Shown in pieces: positions 43,565 to 44,630 of a stretch of DNA of 44,630 nucleotides. Each line of letters starts with the position of its first letter. Position 1 is the stretch's first letter. The notes below the pieces were generated by a model. That model saw only the letters and a program-made list of their open reading frames with translations. It searched no databases and was not told the origin of the DNA. The position numbers and the translations under genes are program-made. The stretch comes from Gammaproteobacteria bacterium (GTDB lineage: Bacteria > Pseudomonadota > Gammaproteobacteria > Steroidobacterales > JACDCP01). Location: NCBI GenBank assembly GCA_013817465.1, contig JACDCP010000001.1:1-44630 (forward strand). The letters are read 5' to 3'.

Positions 43565-44630
43565 GTGTCAGCCCTTCACGGCTATTTGCAGCGTACAGCG
43601 GCCGCTCGTCCGCATGCTGCGGCGATCGAAGCTGACCGCCAGAGCATTTCCTATGGCGAGCTGCATGCTCTTGCCAAAAGTATCTGCGAACGATTGACCA
43701 TGCTCGGCGCAAACCGCGGAGACCGGATCGGCGTCTATCTGCCCAAATCAATTGACGCTGTGGCCGCAATGCACGGCATCATGATGTCAGGGGCTGCCTA
43801 TGTACCGGTCGATCCATCTGCACCGGCAGTGCGCAACGCTAGCATTCACCATGACTGCTCGGTGCGCATAGTCATTGTTCATGCCAAGTTCGAAGCCGCT
43901 TACCGGCAGGCATTCGGCGTGCTTGGACGTATTCCGACCCTGATCGTGGTTCCCGAAGTGGAGCGAGGTTTCGGAATGCGAGAGGCAGTCGATGCTGCGA
44001 AATCTGGAGCGCAGTTCGCTCAGGGCTTTGATCCGAATCCTGACGATCTGGCGTACATACTCTATACGTCGGGTTCGACCGGCAAGCCCAAGGGCGTGAT
44101 GCTCACGCATCGGAACGCAACGAGTTTCATTGACTGGTGTTCGGAGGTCTTTGCCCCGGGCAGTGCAGACCGCTGCTCCTCCCACGCACCCTTCCATTTC
44201 GATTTGTCGGTCCTCGACATATACCTGACGATGAAACACGGCGCGACGCTCGTGTTGGTGCCGGAGGCTACCGGCAAAGATCCTGTTGCCCTTGCGCCTT
44301 TCATAGCTGCTCAGCGCATTTCCGTCTGGTATTCGGCGCCTTCCATTCTCGGCCTGCTGGCTCATTTCGGAAAACTGGCGCAGTACGATTTGTCTCCGCT
44401 AAGACTGGTGTTGTTTGCCGGCGAAGTTTTTCCTGTCAAACACCTGAGGGCGCTCAAGACGTTGCTGCCCGCCCCGGTCTACTTCAATCTTTACGGGCCC
44501 ACGGAAACCAATGTTTGCACCTACTACCGCATTCCCGACACCATACCGGCGGACCGGACCACTCCGTATCCAATCGGCCGCACGTGCGCGCACCTGCAAA
44601 CAACAGTTATCGACGACACCGGCAACACCG
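43565..44630 (+). CDS. DltA-like amino-acid adenylating enzyme (5' partial, runs off window end)
   Basis: This ORF is not in the ORF track because it has no stop codon in the window. My own translation from the GTG at 43565 (first start after the in-frame carrier-gene TAG) gives 'SISYGELHALAKS', 'AAYVPVDPSAP', 'LAYILYTSGSTGKPKGVMLTHRN', 'FHFDLSVLDIY' and 'NLYGPTETNV'. Confidence 0.85.
   Translation, partial: MSALHGYLQRTAAARPHAAAIEADRQSISYGELHALAKSICERLTMLGANRGDRIGVYLPKSIDAVAAMHGIMMSGAAYVPVDPSAPAVRNASIHHDCSVRIVIVHAKFEAAYRQAFGVLGRIPTLIVVPEVERGFGMREAVDAAKSGAQFAQGFDPNPDDLAYILYTSGSTGKPKGVMLTHRNATSFIDWCSEVFAPGSADRCSSHAPFHFDLSVLDIYLTMKHGATLVLVPEATGKDPVALAPFIAAQRISVWYSAPSILGLLAHFGKLAQYDLSPLRLVLFAGEVFPVKHLRALKTLLPAPVYFNLYGPTETNVCTYYRIPDTIPADRTTPYPIGRTCAHLQTTVIDDTGNT

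Overview
This GC-rich bacterial window is filled almost entirely by one large surface-polysaccharide (EPS or capsule-type) biosynthesis locus. All family calls come from motifs read by eye in the ORF track; no HMM or BLAST search was run. Export and assembly genes: a Wza-like export protein, an outer-membrane beta-barrel candidate, a split Wzc (chain-length determinant plus a separate P-loop tyrosine-kinase-like ATPase) and a Wzx-type flippase. Sugar chemistry: seven glycosyltransferases (2 GT2, 4 GT4, 1 GT39/ArnT-like), two SDR epimerase/dehydratases and a B12-binding radical-SAM enzyme. The most unusual content is: (i) ten sulfotransferase-family genes of at least three sequence types, which suggests a heavily sulfated polymer; (ii) two separate DltA-like adenylating enzyme plus carrier-protein pairs. 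One pair sits with a formyltransferase, a SAM methyltransferase and a GlpD-like flavoenzyme. The other sits next to an 850-aa MBOAT-SGNH fusion, giving a DltB+DltD / DltC / DltA-like arrangement; (iii) four copies of a 25-27-nt palindromic REP/BIME-like element confined to 4.3-10.0 kb, which bracket the first carrier-protein cassette and supply codons to two gene ends; (iv) an IS66-family element (2749 bp) with a perfect 8-bp target duplication, inserted in the last codons of a secreted jelly-roll lyase-like gene, its transposase broken by a frameshift and a stop. Single-line spot counts suggest GC drops after about 23.7 kb (62-63% versus 35-52%), so the locus may be a mosaic. No exosortase, priming glycosyltransferase, Wzy polymerase or PAPS-synthesis gene was recognised in the window.
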